64,000 nucleotides of DNA from Antechinus flavipes (Eukaryota). The first letter of the stretch is position 1, and each line of letters begins with the position of its first letter. The stretch lies in assembly GCF_016432865.1 (NCBI RefSeq), contig NC_067402.1, forward strand, positions 187,116,001 through 187,180,000, written 5' to 3'. Made by a program: the position numbers and the translations under genes. Under the pieces are notes generated by a model. The model saw only the letters and a list, made by a program, of their open reading frames with translations. It was not told the DNA's origin and did no database searches. Below are positions 1 to 12,944 of this stretch, one piece after another.

Positions 1-130
1 AACATACTGACATTTGCCTGGGAATGTGTATTTGAGGCCATCAAAGGTCAGGTAATGGGCCATACCAATCACTGAGCAGGTAGCATCACACACCGTGTCT
101 GTACAGTCCCACCTTCTATTCCGGCACACA
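1..130 (-). CDS. VWF: VWF exon 20 (truncated by window edge; end of D' / start of D3)
   Basis: Acceptor tctcccaag|T; translates (C)[43 protein letters not shown]. About 9 nt are missing relative to the 139-nt human exon. Confidence 0.97.
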
Positions 131-174
131 CTTGGGAGAGGAGAGAGAACAGAGGCAGCTCAGTGGAGAGAAAA

Positions 175-850
175 GCAGCATGGCAGAGGGGAGAGAGCGC
201 TGGACCTAGAACCGAGTCTTTGTTCAAATCACATCTCTGACATTCACCAGCTACAGGATCACACCTGAGTCCATTCAACTTCTGTGACCTTCATTTTCCT
301 CATCTACAAAACAGAGCTAACAATTCTGTGTCCAGCCCAATAACCATGAGGTTATTGTAAGGAAAAATCTTCTAGGCAGGAAGGGACATCAGAAGCCATA
401 TAGTTCAACCCCTCTCCCATTTTACAGATGGGGAAACTGAAATCCAGAGCAGTTGTGACTTGCCCAATGTCATTCTTGTAGTAAATGTCAAAATTCTTTG
501 CCTCCAGAGCTAATACCTTTTCTATTCCACTTTAAAGGGATGTGTAAATTATTATTCTAGCAGAATATAAGCTTTTTTAATATGGGGATAGTCATTTTTC
601 ATTTTTGTGTTCATATTCCTAGCACAATGCCTTGAATTAGATTGCTCAGTGCATAGAGAATTGGGCCTGATGTCAGGAAGATCTGACCTCAGATACTTAT
701 TAACTATGTAACTCTGGGCAAGTCATTTAATTTCTTTCAGCCTCTGTTTCCTCATCAGTAAAAGGAATAATAATAGCACCTTTCAGAGTTATTGTGAGGA
801 TAAAATTTAGATAATATTTGTAAAGTATGTTGTGAGCAGAAGTGTTATGT
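175..850. mobile_element. Cluster of old CORE-SINE (MIR-type) fragments in both orientations, plus an L2-type tail
   Basis: Core motifs gggcaagtcatttaa...cagcctctgtttcctcatc (~715-760) and cattttacagatggggaaactga (~418-440). Confidence 0.7.
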
Positions 851-2689
851 AAATGCTACCTAATATTAAATGAGTATGTAATTATTTAGTTAATTAATTA
901 TCTAATTAAATGTTCTTTGATTATCTGAATTGATAAATAAAGTGATTGTTACTTTCTTTGAGTTATATGCCAGACATTTCTCTAATTTCTGCTCTTCTCT
1001 ATCAGGCAGCCCTCAGGAAAAATAAAGATTCTAATCTGTAGTCTATAACAAATACTTTGTATAGATGATTTCATCTGGTTTTTTAACATGGCACACAGTC
1101 AAGAGAGAGGCAGAAGTCAAAGGGCTGCTGAAAGAGAAACTGAGGTGTTCCATAAGGAAGACTTGTACAAGATCACTTAGTCAGGAAGGTGAGAAAATTG
1201 TAACAGTCCAAACCCTCCATTCCCTTATAAACAAAGGGCCCTACAAGGGTCTGGAAGCATAACAGTGCAAAACAAGGGGTTGGAGTAGCTCCCAGTGCAA
1301 GGTGGCAAAACACTGCTGTCTCAGGTCTTTTAAGAGACAAATCCTCATTTTTCTGATAATATAAACACTTCCCTTTGTATCACACCCTCTCTTATTTCAA
1401 CTGTCAGTATGTTCCCTACTTAGCCCCTCCATTTGATTCCTCATTATAACCCAGCTGCTTTCTCAGATCATAATTTGGAGGATAGCCTCCCATCTTTTGC
1501 TCAGATTCTGTAATTTGTTCCTAATAATCAGGGCTTATGAGCCTTCTCATCCATTAGTGAGTAGGGATTTACTTAGCTATTATTTATTACTATTATTACT
1601 TAAAAGGCTCAACCACAGCCTTGATGAAACAGGCTCTACAAGCCACTCTGGGCCTAAAATGAAAAAATAAATGAAGGCAAAGCAGAAATCTTCTTAGCAA
1701 CACAAATGACCAAAGAAAGACTGAAAAAACACGAGCCCACAATCACAAAATTTTATACCTGAACATTAGACATCTAGTCCCACACCTTTATTCTGAAGAA
1801 CAAAAACACAAAATTACTTTCTCAGAGACATTCAGCTAATACATAGTAGAGACTAATAGAGTCAAGTTCTCTGACTACTTCCCCTAAATCATATATTTTT
1901 CCATCACAAAGTCTTGTGTGAACTTTTTCAGGAAGATGGAAACAGCTAAGGAATAGAGCGGAGAGAATGCTGGATTTGTCATCTGAAAGATGGGCTGTGC
2001 ATCCTTCTGCAGACACTTACTAATTGAGTGTTACTGGACAAGTCAATTAACCTCTCCAGATAGAGAGGTTTCCTCCTCTGTACCTCAGTTTCCTCATCTG
2101 TACAATAAGATGGTTAAATGTGATGGCCTCTAAGGTCCCTTGCAGCTCTATCATGCAGGCCCTGAGTATGGTATCAATAGCTTTAAAACCAAAAGGATTA
2201 AAGCAATTTCTCCCAGCCTACTCTAGCCCCTGTAAATTTAACAAATATCAGAAAGACTTCAGGCCTAGAAAAAAAAAGAAAAAAAACTTCAAATTGGAGT
2301 CCCAGCCCTCTCTGGGCCATCTCCCCATCGATGCTTAACACACTCCAGAAGCTGACAATGAAATGTATACAAGTGGAGATGAGAGAAACTTCAGGGAAGA
2401 AAGAGTGATAGCTCTCCTAAGGAATTATTCAATGTCCCTTTCTTGAGCCCAAAGCTCTCCAGAGGGAAGGCCTTTCATCATGTACTTATGGAATGGAAGG
2501 TTAAGGAGAACAGTGAAAGGGACAAAGGACTGGAAGTCGGAACACCTGGCTTCTATTCCCAGTTTGGTCATAAATTTGATGGTTCATTGTTGAGCAAATC
2601 ATTTAACTTGCCTTGACCTCTATATCCCTGCAGACATCATAACTCTTAGAACAATGCTCAAGAGATCAAGCATGCAAGAACCCTGATGA

Positions 2690-3330
2690 CAATGACTCTT
2701 CAATACTTCAAGAATATATGACTTCATCGCCTATCATTTCTGCATCAACGATGCAGAAATATCCACCCTTGAGCAGAGAATCTTGTCACCAAGAACCTTT
2801 ATCTTCCAGAATCGCTCCCTCGAGTGATGGGTCTCTCTAAGCTTATGTCAGTGGACAGGAATTGCACCAAGGCCAGATAGACCTCAGGCCTTTGCAGATT
2901 GGAAAGACCTGGTAGAGTTTATGCTTCTCCGGCATAGATTTAGAGAGTTTAGGATTACCTCCACATCACAATAATAGATATTTAGGCCAGATGCCTTTTG
3001 ATGTCCTTCCAAACCTGGGATAAAGAAGGCCCTGAATGAGCACAGCCCCCACTGTTTGCTTAGCTGATGCAAATCCTTCATATGGAGGATGCTAGGGAGT
3101 TTTCATTGAGAGAATCAGGATCATGTATAAGGAAAGTACACCAGGAAGACTGGGGAGCAGGTGTAGACATTCTAGAGATGGTTCTGGTTGGCTAAACATG
3201 TGGAAGAGAGGAAGCTCATTGATTATTGGCTGTGGATGCATCCAAAAGTTGAATGCTTCAGCTATTTCTTCTTTGGCTTCCTTTGCTCTTGGGGACATCC
3301 AGTGAAGGGAATTTTGACCTTGGGAGTTTA
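2690..3330 (+). mobile_element. Probable highly decayed CR1/L3 LINE ORF2 (endonuclease/linker) fragment
   Basis: Frame +2 gives DFIAYHFC...FIFQ...VEFML...FRPDAF...TRKTG...WL, collinear with the recalled CR1 pattern GDFNYPDIC...FIxQ...LEFMI...FRKADF...RRKxG...WL. Many stops; by-eye alignment only. Confidence 0.45.
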
Positions 3331-4109
3331 GAGAGATAGGAAGAGAGAAATCTGGACATCATAATCCAGGCCAAAGGCTATGGTCAACCAGTCATCAATA
3401 TCCCCCTGGAGCAATGGAATAACCTTTAAATTGATATTTGGGAATCTAGCCCAACAGCAGCTAAAACAAAAACTTCTCCAATAGAGACACTAACTTTGGA
3501 TAGATATTTGAAAGGATCAAAGCTATGGGTGAATTGAGCTAAGTTTTATGCTGATTCTCCAAAGATGGAGGGGAAAGGGATCTAGAAGGGAGTGTGTCCT
3601 TGAGTTATTAGGGGAAGGTTTTTTTTTTTAATTATTACAATATCTTTGGAAAAATTAAACTTATATTAACTTAAGTTTTTGAATGGAATTGGGATATAGT
3701 CATTGGTCCTCCTAACAATGGGAGTGAACACAGCTGATAAGGTCTTAAGACAAAAAGCAGTAGAGATAGCCCAATATCTTAGTGCACTACTCTAGAATCC
3801 TGAGGAGTGATTTAACAGGACTGGCTCTAAGAGAAAGGACCAGAGCACATGTGCTGCATTAAGTTTCTATGACATTTACAGGCAAATCTCTAATCCTCAA
3901 GAATTTCTTTCCATCATCTTTGAAATGATGAATCTGAATCATAAGGAGGGGAAAAGGTGTACCTAAAAAAACAATATGAAGGTAAGAAGTCCCTGATTAT
4001 CCTGACTGCCCTTCTTTTAAATGGTCATCTCAATGTCTCCCATTTCTTCTCTCCCTCACATTTTCATTTCCTAAAAATCTTTTCTCCTGTCTCTATTATT
4101 ACACCTTAC

Positions 4110-4213
4110 CAAGTGTTACAGTCGATCTTCACCGATTCTCCCGGGGCATACTCTTTACCCTTGTGGAAGCAGGGACATCTTTCTAGGGCGACACATTTGT
4201 TTCCATGCCGGAC
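4110..4213 (-). CDS. VWF: VWF exon 19 (D', FVIII-binding region)
   Basis: ttctttcttttag|GTC...ACT TG|gtaagg; 104 nt; [34 protein letters not shown](C). Not present in the ORF track. Confidence 0.98.
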
Positions 4214-4362
4214 CTAAAAGAAAGAATCCAAAGACTTTATGGGTGACAGTGACTCACCTAAAACCTCATTGTGGTAGAATACACTACTGGCTGTGAGAAT
4301 GATATAGCCCTAGTTGGGAAATATCAACTAAAGAGAAGGTACTAAACTCAGGGCTAGAAATT

Positions 4363-4365
<3 letters not shown>

Positions 4366-4420
<55 letters not shown>

Positions 4421-4430
4421 CATACACATA
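4366..4430. repeat. (TA)n microsatellite in intron 18, ~150 nt upstream of exon 19
   Basis: Uninterrupted AT dinucleotide run 4366-4411 followed by a degenerate tail. Confidence 0.95.
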
Positions 4431-4659
4431 TATATTAATTCTGAGCCATAAGTTTCTCCATTCAAAGTGTCTTGTACCCTAAGAGTCAGAGCTCAACCCT
4501 AGGAAATATGGGGTAAATGAACAAAAGGGTTTAGAATAAGTAGTTAATTCTCTGGGGAATCTGTGCTAGAGAATGGAAGTCACCCTCCCCCCCAACACTC
4601 ACATACATATGCACCTCCCTACACATATATACACATACCTCAGAGTCAATAGAATTAAT

Positions 4660-5460
4660 TTTTTTAAATTAATTGATTTTTTCTGGTTATACATGTATAT
4701 TAACTTTTATATATACATTTCTTTATGAATCATGTTGGAAGAGAAAAATCAGAACAAAAAGGAAAAAGCAAGAGAGAAAAAAAGAAAACAAAACAAAAAA
4801 AAGTGAACATAGCATGTGATGATTTATATTCAATCTTAATAGTTCTCTTTCTGGATACAAAGGGCATTTTTTTATCCAGAGTTTATTGGGATTGTCTTGG
4901 ATCACTGAACTGCTAAGAAGAACCAAGTCTTTCTTAGCTGATCATTTTTGCACATATGGATCCTTTTACTAGAGTTAGTTCTTTTCTCTTTTTTAAAGAA
5001 ACTTAATAGCTTTATTTCTTGTTGTTTTCTTTTTTAATAAAATTTTTAACGCACATTGCTTTATAAATCATATCGGGAGAGAAAAATCAGAGCAAAAGGG
5101 AAAAATCATGGGAGAGATTAAAAAAAAAAAAAACAGAAAAAAAGAAGTGAACATAGCATGTGTTGATTTACATTCAGTGTCCTTAGTTCTTTTTCTGGTT
5201 GCAGAGGGCATTTTCTGTCCAAAATCTATTGGGATTTCTTTGGATCATTGAACCACTGAGAAGAACCAAGTCTTTCATAGTTGATCATCGTACATTCCTG
5301 TTGTTATTGTGTAAAATGTATTTCTGGTTCTACTTGTTTCATTCAGCATCAGCTCATGTAAATCTTTCCAGACCTTTCTAAAATCAGCTTGTTCAGCATT
5401 TTTTAATAGAATAATAATATTCTGTTACCTTCATATACCACAAGTTATTCATCCATTCCA
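4660..5460 (-). mobile_element. Two adjacent L1 3'-end fragments (~4660-4945 and ~5030-5460)
   Basis: Both share gagagaaaaatcaga...aaaaaaagtgaacatagcatgtg...gaagaaccaagtctttc and resemble the L1 ends at 16762 and 63268. Confidence 0.75.
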
Positions 5461-7099
5461 ATAGGATTAGTTCTTAGTTCTTAACCCAAAAAAATTTCAA
5501 GTCTAGGACAGATCACATAACCAAAGACTGGACTCATAGCCTCTTAGAATGTCACTAGAGGTCTTCACCTGGAGCCCCTACTACCCTACCACTACCCCTA
5601 TTCATACCTCCATACACACCCCTCTATTGCTTCTGGAAAGGAAACTTCATTCAATTGTTTTAAGGCTCTGCTGTGATTTCCTCCTTTCCTAGCCATCATT
5701 CCCCTATATTTTTGTTTCCTCATTAGAAGTTCCTCGAGGGCAGGGACTGTCTCTCTTTTTTATTGTTATCCCTGGGGCTTTGTACTATACCTATCACATA
5801 GTAAGACTTTAATAAATATTGTGTTTTTCATTAATTCAAGTTCAAAATAGAAATAAATTTTTAAAGAAAGATGATGATTTTTGTCCGGGGCACACCAAGC
5901 TTGTGATGATTCCTGAATATCTATTTGTAAATGTCTGATATGTAGTTAGTGATATATGCCTCAAGATATATGCTCAAGAGAAAAAGCGTGGTTAAATTAT
6001 GAATTATAGATGATTCTACTTCTCAAGAGTATTTGTCTTTTAAAAGAGTATAGTTATTAACCTAAATGAATCTCCTACTGGCACGGTTTCTGTCAGTTTG
6101 ATAAAATAGGAACTTCAGAAGGTATGGGAATTTTTTTTTAAGTATAATGGGATCTTGGCTAAGGGGAGTCCCATTCTCAGAGTACATGTAACTCAACCTG
6201 CTGCCTGCTGCCAACCCATGTGGCAGGAGTCTGGATTTAAAAAGGCATAGTCACTTAAAATGGAAGGGTCCATTCCTTGAATCAAATTCCCACATATTCT
6301 GTTTCCATTCCCAGCACATACAGAAGAGAGACTTGTCAACTGACACTGAATCAGGACAAGGAATGACTCTATATTTGATAGTTCTGGGAAGACCTGAATA
6401 ATCAATGTGAATGTAAGCTGAGCTAAGAATCCCCAGAGCTTTATAAAGGCTACTTTAGTGCTCCTTAAATCATAATCTAAGGATACTATGTAATCTGCCT
6501 GCATGCAAAGCAAGGTTTAACTGGGTGCCTGTGTTTACTCTCTGGATGAAAAGTAATCTAGTAGCCATCCCATACTCCAAATAACTGAGCATAGATGAGG
6601 AAGAGAAAGAACGGAAGAGAAGAGAAGGTGATAGGAAAAAAAGAAATTTAAGCAAAAGGGGAAGTTTCCATGGATACGAAAAATATTAGCAGCACTAATA
6701 GTAAAGACTAGAAGGAAAGTGATTGTAGAATGAAGAAAAGAGTTGTGATATATGAATGCAATGAACTGAACAATAAAGACAAATAAGAATTAAGAGAATT
6801 TTGGAAATGTTTGAATGAACTGATGTAGAGTGATCAAATAATGTAAAAGAAAACAAAATGACTAAACCAAACTTTGGAGAGTGAAGCAGGCGCTCTGCTT
6901 CCTGGTAGAGAGGAGAGACATTTTTTCAGTTATAACTAGGGTTGGTTTGTTTTACTTATCTATACTATTCATCACAAGGAAAGGCTTCTATTGGAGGAGG
7001 AAGGAGTTACTAGGTGGTTGTAGAAATTCAAAAAAGAGCATCAATAAGATATTAATAATAAATAAAATATTCTCATTTTAAAAATAAATAATAGCAAAG

Positions 7100-7745
7100 A
7101 AGAAATGGAAAGAAAAAAAGGGTGGTATGGTTAAAAAGATCAAGGGATTTTTATTTGCTTTTTGGACAGGGGAAAGATAATAAATTCTGTTTTGAACTTG
7201 TTGAGTTTGAAACATCCAATCTGAAATGGGTAGATTAGGAATTCAGGTCTGGAACTCAGGAGAGAGATTGAAAGAAATAATGAAGTTAAAAAGACAAGTG
7301 GATTTGGGGGGAAAGATGTAAGTTTAGTTTTGGAAAATGTTGAGTTTGAGTTATCTAAAGGAACATCACTTCAAGATGTCTAATGAGTAGCTGGAGACAG
7401 GAAATTGCAAGTCAGGGGAAAAGTTAAGGCTGGACAAATAGATCTGAGAATCATCTGTATAGAAATGATCATTGAAGCCATGGGAATTAGTAAGATTTAC
7501 CAAGTGAAATAATATCATTGGAAAAAAGACAAGATATAGTAAAGGAGACTGGGGAGTGATTAGACAGTTAGTAGGAGAAGCAAGAGAGAAGAGAGTGATT
7601 AACAATGTCAAAGAAGGATGGGGATTGAGAAAAGGCCATTAAATCTGGCAATTAGAAGATAATTGGTGATGTTGGAGAAAGCAGTTTCAGATGAATGATG
7701 AGATTGGAAGCCAGATTTCATGAAGTTTTAAACTGAATAAGAAGA
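7100..7745 (-). mobile_element. L2 LINE reverse-transcriptase fragment
   Basis: ORF 7366-7611 contains SHGFNDHFYTDDSQIYLSS, matching the L2 motif SHGFxYHLYADDSQIYLSS. Confidence 0.85.
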
Positions 7746-8825
7746 GAGGAAATAGAAGTATTTAGTTTTGTACCTTTATCAAAGATTTAATCCAGAAGAG
7801 ATAACAAGTACTCTGATTAAGACAATGATTCAAGTCTATTCCAAAGGACTCATGATGAAAAATGTTATCTACCTCCAGAAAGAGAACTGATAAACTCTGA
7901 GTGCAGGTTGAAGCATACTTTTTTTTCCACTTTCCTTATTTTTCTTGATTCTTTTTTGCTTTTCTTCCAACATGACTAATATGGAAATGTGTTTTGCATG
8001 ACTTCACAACTATCATTGTATTGTATTCCTAGCTTTCTTGGTGGGTACAAGAAGGCAGGAGGAAAAAAGAGAATTTGGAACTCAAAATTTTTCAAATGAA
8101 TGTTAAAAATAAAAGGAAGAATTTTTTTAAAAAAAAGTAGTAGTGGGATGATTGGAACAAATGAAGGATAAGGAGACAAGCACGGGCAGGGAAGAAAGAA
8201 GCAAAGAGGAAGAAATTAAAGATTAGAGAGTGGGGATGTTAGAGAAGGAAGTCTGGAACTAGTTTGGGACTATCGAAATAATTTTTTTTTAAGAGCCATT
8301 AATACAGACCATCAATAATAAGTATTCATCTTTGATCAGAAAAATGCTGGCCAAACTGTTCAAATATCATGTATTTGACAACTAAAATTAGAATTAAATC
8401 CTTAGTTTTAGTGATGACTTTGTGAACTATATTGTACAACTATATATGTCACTTAACCTCTCTACCCAAAATTTTAAAATAAAAATAAAAAAGCAGGGAG
8501 CTGGACTAAATGATTTTCAAGATCCCTTGCAGAGTTGAACCTTGTGCTATAACTAACTTAGCCAGCTGTACTCTGTCCCCACCCTGTGGCTGAAATAGGC
8601 TATAGTTGGATGTCAAAGAAAAGACTGGCTCAGGAGATTGCTTCAAGAGAATTTTTAAAGCACCTTCTCTTTAGGACCTCTTTTTAAGAACTTGTGCCAG
8701 ATGCTGGGGATACAAAAACAAAAATTAAAATAGTCCTTGTCCTCAAATATCTTATATTCTTCAGGGAAAAAATAGCATGTACACAGAATATAGGGGGGAA
8801 AATACAAATTGGCATTACAAAGGGA

Positions 8826-9000
8826 TTTGTTGCTGCTCAGTTATTTTCAGTCATATCCAATTTTTTGCGAACCTATTTGGGGATTTTCTTGGCAAAGACA
8901 CTGGAGCAGTTTGCCACTTCCTTCTCCAGCTCATTTTACAGAGGGGAAACTGAGGCAAACAGGGGATGTCATTTGCCCAGAGTCACACAACTAATTCAAG
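8826..9000 (-). mobile_element. Mar1-like CORE-SINE
   Basis: tggggattttcttggcaaagacactggagcagtttgccacttccttctccagctcattttacaga; the same family recurs at least ten times in the window. Confidence 0.8.
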
Positions 9001-9149
9001 AAGCACCCTAGAGAACAAAATTCTGGCAACACAAAAGATCCCAGTGAAAGAGAAAAGGATAGTTATCATCTTGTATGTATAGGGAACATCTTTTCTAAAG
9101 GCAAATGAACAGGAGATAAAGGCAAAAGCAGGTGACTAAGCAGCAACAC

Positions 9150-9620
9150 AAAAGATCATCGCAGATATAAAGAGATAATGTCAGTCATTCTAAATCTTAC
9201 ATGAAGCCAAGCTGGCACTGAGGATGATAAAGAGTAGTTTTTGTTGCTGGTTTGGCTTGGGATTTTGCTCTACTGAAGGTACATAAAGCATTAAAAGATG
9301 ATTCAATGAAGGTGGAATTATTCACTTCATTAACTTATATTTTTTTTCACTAAAGAAAAAACAGTCCTTTAAAAATAGATCAGAAATGGTTAACAGAGAT
9401 AGAAGCCAAGATAGGTGAGGAGACAGCAAGAAAGCTGCCTTCGATGAGTTTGATTGATTCACTACATTGCAAGATAGACCCTAGGATGCAAAAAAGTACT
9501 GATGCACGTGGTTGCTGAACCATTTCTGTTAACCTTGGAAAAAATCGTGGATAATAAAAGAAATGTCACAAGACAAGGGACAGGGAGATATCTCAATTTT
9601 TAAAAAAGAGAAATAAGGTA
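9150..9620 (+). mobile_element. CR1/L3 LINE ORF2 fragment
   Basis: gtggttgctgaaccatt...ggaaaaaatcgtgg...tctcaatttttaaaaaag resembles the CR1 segment DVIAEPL...EKSW...PIFKKG. Confidence 0.6.
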
Positions 9621-11379
9621 TTATTTGTCCTGTGGGACAAGATATTTGGGGCAATGAAAGCAAGGTTCAAGAAAGAGTGATGGTGGGGGACTGAATGCTG
9701 ATGCAATTGGGAAGAAATGATATTGATCAGCCTCCAAAACTGAAAAATCTAATTAAAATTTGGGAAGCCAAAAATGTGAGAATACACAAGCATAGACTAT
9801 TTGCCTAATTTCTCCCAAGTTTTTTTTTTTAATTCTAGAGGTTTTCGTGTCCCATTCCTGACTGATATTAATGTTCAGTCAGACCTAAAAAGTAGTCTCA
9901 AACAGGATATCAGCTGGTCCCAAATTGGAGGTTTCCATTGTAGCCACAATTTCAGCTGAGAACACGCTACCTATACTATAACCAGTGTACCATTTGTGCT
10001 TGAAGAATTATTCTGCCTTTATTACTCTGATTAATTCAATCAAAGCAAATTGGTCATTAGCCTTGTTTTCTAATGATGTGAACCAAACAATAATCCAATC
10101 TGTAATAACATGGGCACTAGCTAAGTACATTATAACTACCTGTTGTTGGAGTACAAATCTCCCAGTCATCTGACAGGAAGTCAGCTCTTTCCTCTGAATC
10201 CATGACAAGTATAAAAAATCACCAATATTATGCCTTTATTTTATTCTTTTAGACTGGCCATCCATTCAGGATTTCAGATAATAAAATCATCATTGTGTTT
10301 ATTAATATTTAATTATATTTATTCTCATCTGTCTTCATCAAAATAAAAAAGCCCAACAAAAATCTCATAGAAATTCATTCCAAAGGAACCAGGATTCTTG
10401 GTTCCTATTCCTGGCATTTATCCAATATCCTAAATGATGCTTAAAAATTTCTTTCCTCTCTCTAAGCCTCATTTCCCTTCTCACAGGGAAAGAACTGTAT
10501 TTTCTAGGGATTATGTAAGAAGAAATAAAGCTATATTTATTAAGGATTAATATTTATTAAGGGCTCAGGCCCTTGAGACAAGATGCTAAAGATGGAAAGA
10601 AACTCCTTACCACACTAGCCTCCACTCCATTTTTCTGCTTCTTTCACAAACCTGAGGTCTTCTGTCTGGATTGTAGACTACAAACACCTTGAGAACAGGG
10701 AATGTTTTGAATTCTTTGTCAGTACCAGGCAACACCTAGCACAGTATTTCAAACACAGTGTCGAATAAAAATCTGTCAAATTTAATTTAATTCAAGTGCC
10801 ATCCACTCTAAATAACTGCCTTATGCGAAAGCATCAAAAACAAGGTTTTCTTTGGGGCACCGTAGGTGGGGGGGTTAAATTCTATAAACATCAATATGGC
10901 CCCTGAATTATTTCCATTAAGTTTTCAATCTTTTCAGAGGCCTGGTAGGGGACTATAATTCAGAGGAGAATTGGCAAGAAATATCCCCTAGTGGCTCTCC
11001 TGGCAAGTTCAGAAAGATTTGAAGGTGGGAGGCATGGAATATATAACTCTCTGCAAACCCTAAATTTCATCCTTCCTATCAAAACTTACTTTACAAAATT
11101 CTAGCCGCAAATAACTGAATGTCCAGGAATTATTAATAAGTCAATAAGGAAATGGCAATTAATAAGTCTCCCTTTCAAATCTCCAGGCATGTATCCCTTA
11201 CTTCTGTGTTCTAAACATACATATCAGTAACATCATATAGGAGAGAAAAATCCAGGGAAATTGATCATAAGCTCTTTGAGAAGAAGAATTTATTTCCTAT
11301 TTATCTTTTTATATTTTCAGCACCTAGTTGTCATGGTTTCTACATAAATGGTGTCAATAGCCTGCTTAGTGTTGAGGGA

Positions 11380-12575
11380 AATAAAAAATATGTATAGATA
11401 AGATATAGTACAGGACCTCTATCTTATCAAAGTTTATCTAAGAAAGAGATGAGACAAAAATACTGATAACCAGAATAAGCAATTTTACATAAGTGAGAAA
11501 TATGCAAAGGAAAATGTGGTCCTAAGGGGAAAGTTATTACTGATAAGACAGGGGTAAGAATGAGGCAAACTTCAAGGAAAAAGTAGACTCTGATTTTTAA
11601 AAACTAGGAAAGAATCTAAGAAGCAAAAAGAGAAAGAGTAAAAACACTCAAACATAAGAAAAAGTCTTAACAAAAGCAGAGAAGCCAGAAGAGTCAAACC
11701 ATGTTGTTAAACAAAAAATATTCCACTTTAATGTCAGGAGTTGTACCACAAAAAAATACAGGGAGTGGATAAAAATATAAGGTAAGTCTGGAAAGAGTGT
11801 TCTCCAATCATGAAAGGTCTTGAATGCCCAGTAAAAAAGTGTAAAATTCACTTAGTAAGCAATAGGAAACTTCTCAAACTTTTTGAGCAGAGAAACAACT
11901 TGAATTGATTTGTAATTAAGAAAAATTAATCTAGCAATAACATGAAAGATGGAAGAGCAACTAGGTGACACAGAAATAAGTGCCCAGACTGAAGTCAGAA
12001 GACTCATTTTCCTGAATTCAAATCCAGTCTCAGACACTTACTATCTGTGTGATCTTGGGCAAGGCAGTTAATTCTGTTTGCCTCGGTTTCCTCCTCTGTA
12101 AAAGGAACAAAAGAGGGAAATGGCAAACCATTCTAGTATCTTTCCAAAAAAACCTCAAATGAGGTCATAGTTAAACATGACTGAAAAACAAATGAATAAT
12201 AGGAAGGACAGAGTGGAACAGGTATAAAGTAAAGACAATGAGATCTGTAAGGATGCTTTTGCATTAATCCAGGAAAGTAGAAATTTAGACTTGTGTTAAG
12301 GTGGAAGGCAAGAGAAGAGAGGAATAAGAGAGGGGGGGAGATAAGATTTGGTGAGAAGGAAAATTTGACAGGACTTGGTAAATGAGTAAATATAAGAGGT
12401 AAAGAAAAAATAAAGATGGCACCAGTTTTCCCACTTGATATAAAAAGTGAAAGGTTGTCACCAACAAACTTTGTGAAGTCAGGATATGAAACTGGTTTAG
12501 AGGGAAAGCTAAGACAGGAGGAAAATCATGAGAGTAGGCTTTCTCTGAAATCCATGTATATAGTAGGAAGAAGAA
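11380..12575 (-). mobile_element. L2 fragment interrupted by a plus-strand Mar1-like SINE (~11952-12200)
   Basis: Purine-rich L2-type sequence resumes on both sides of a SINE with head gcaactaggtgacacag and gagttc/aaatcc boxes. Confidence 0.65.
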
Positions 12576-12783
12576 ATCAACATCTCACAGGCTTTTTTTT
12601 TTTTTTGCCTTTCATTATTTATTTTACAGAATCTTGAAATATTATATTTGGAAGGAACCTGAGGGATAATCTCAGATTTCACCATATCCTTAAATTCCAG
12701 TTGTTTGTCCTTATCAAGAAGATTAGGTGGAAAGAGTAAGAGAGACACACATTTTCTTAGCCACAAATAAAGTCCCATCTTAC

Positions 12784-12944
12784 CATTTCTGGAGGACAGA
12801 GGCAGCCAGAGACACAAGCATGACTAATACACTCCAAATCATAGTTCTGACAGGTTTTGGTGCATTCAATCCCTTTAGCTTGGGGGTTGTCAACAGGACA
12901 CACAAATTTGACCATGGAGGGTGGGCAACTTAGGCTCCTTTTGA
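12784..12944 (-). CDS. VWF: VWF exon 18 (furin site and mature N-terminus, D')
   Basis: ttgcttccaag|TC AAA AGG AGC...GAA ATG|gtaaga; 161 nt; (I)[53 protein letters not shown]. With exon 17 it gives the R-I-K-R furin motif. Confidence 0.98.

Noticed and set aside
3092-3298. Minus-strand ORF with by-eye resemblance to bornavirus N (KEEIAEAF...MF...VLSL)
   Set aside because: Key Trp residues are absent, flanking sequence is not collinear, and the opposite strand fits a CR1/L3 relic better.
9985-10208. Overlapping ~65-aa ORFs on both strands, faintly like filovirus NP
   Set aside because: Only scattered identities; adjacent to a CR1 relic and more likely LINE-derived.
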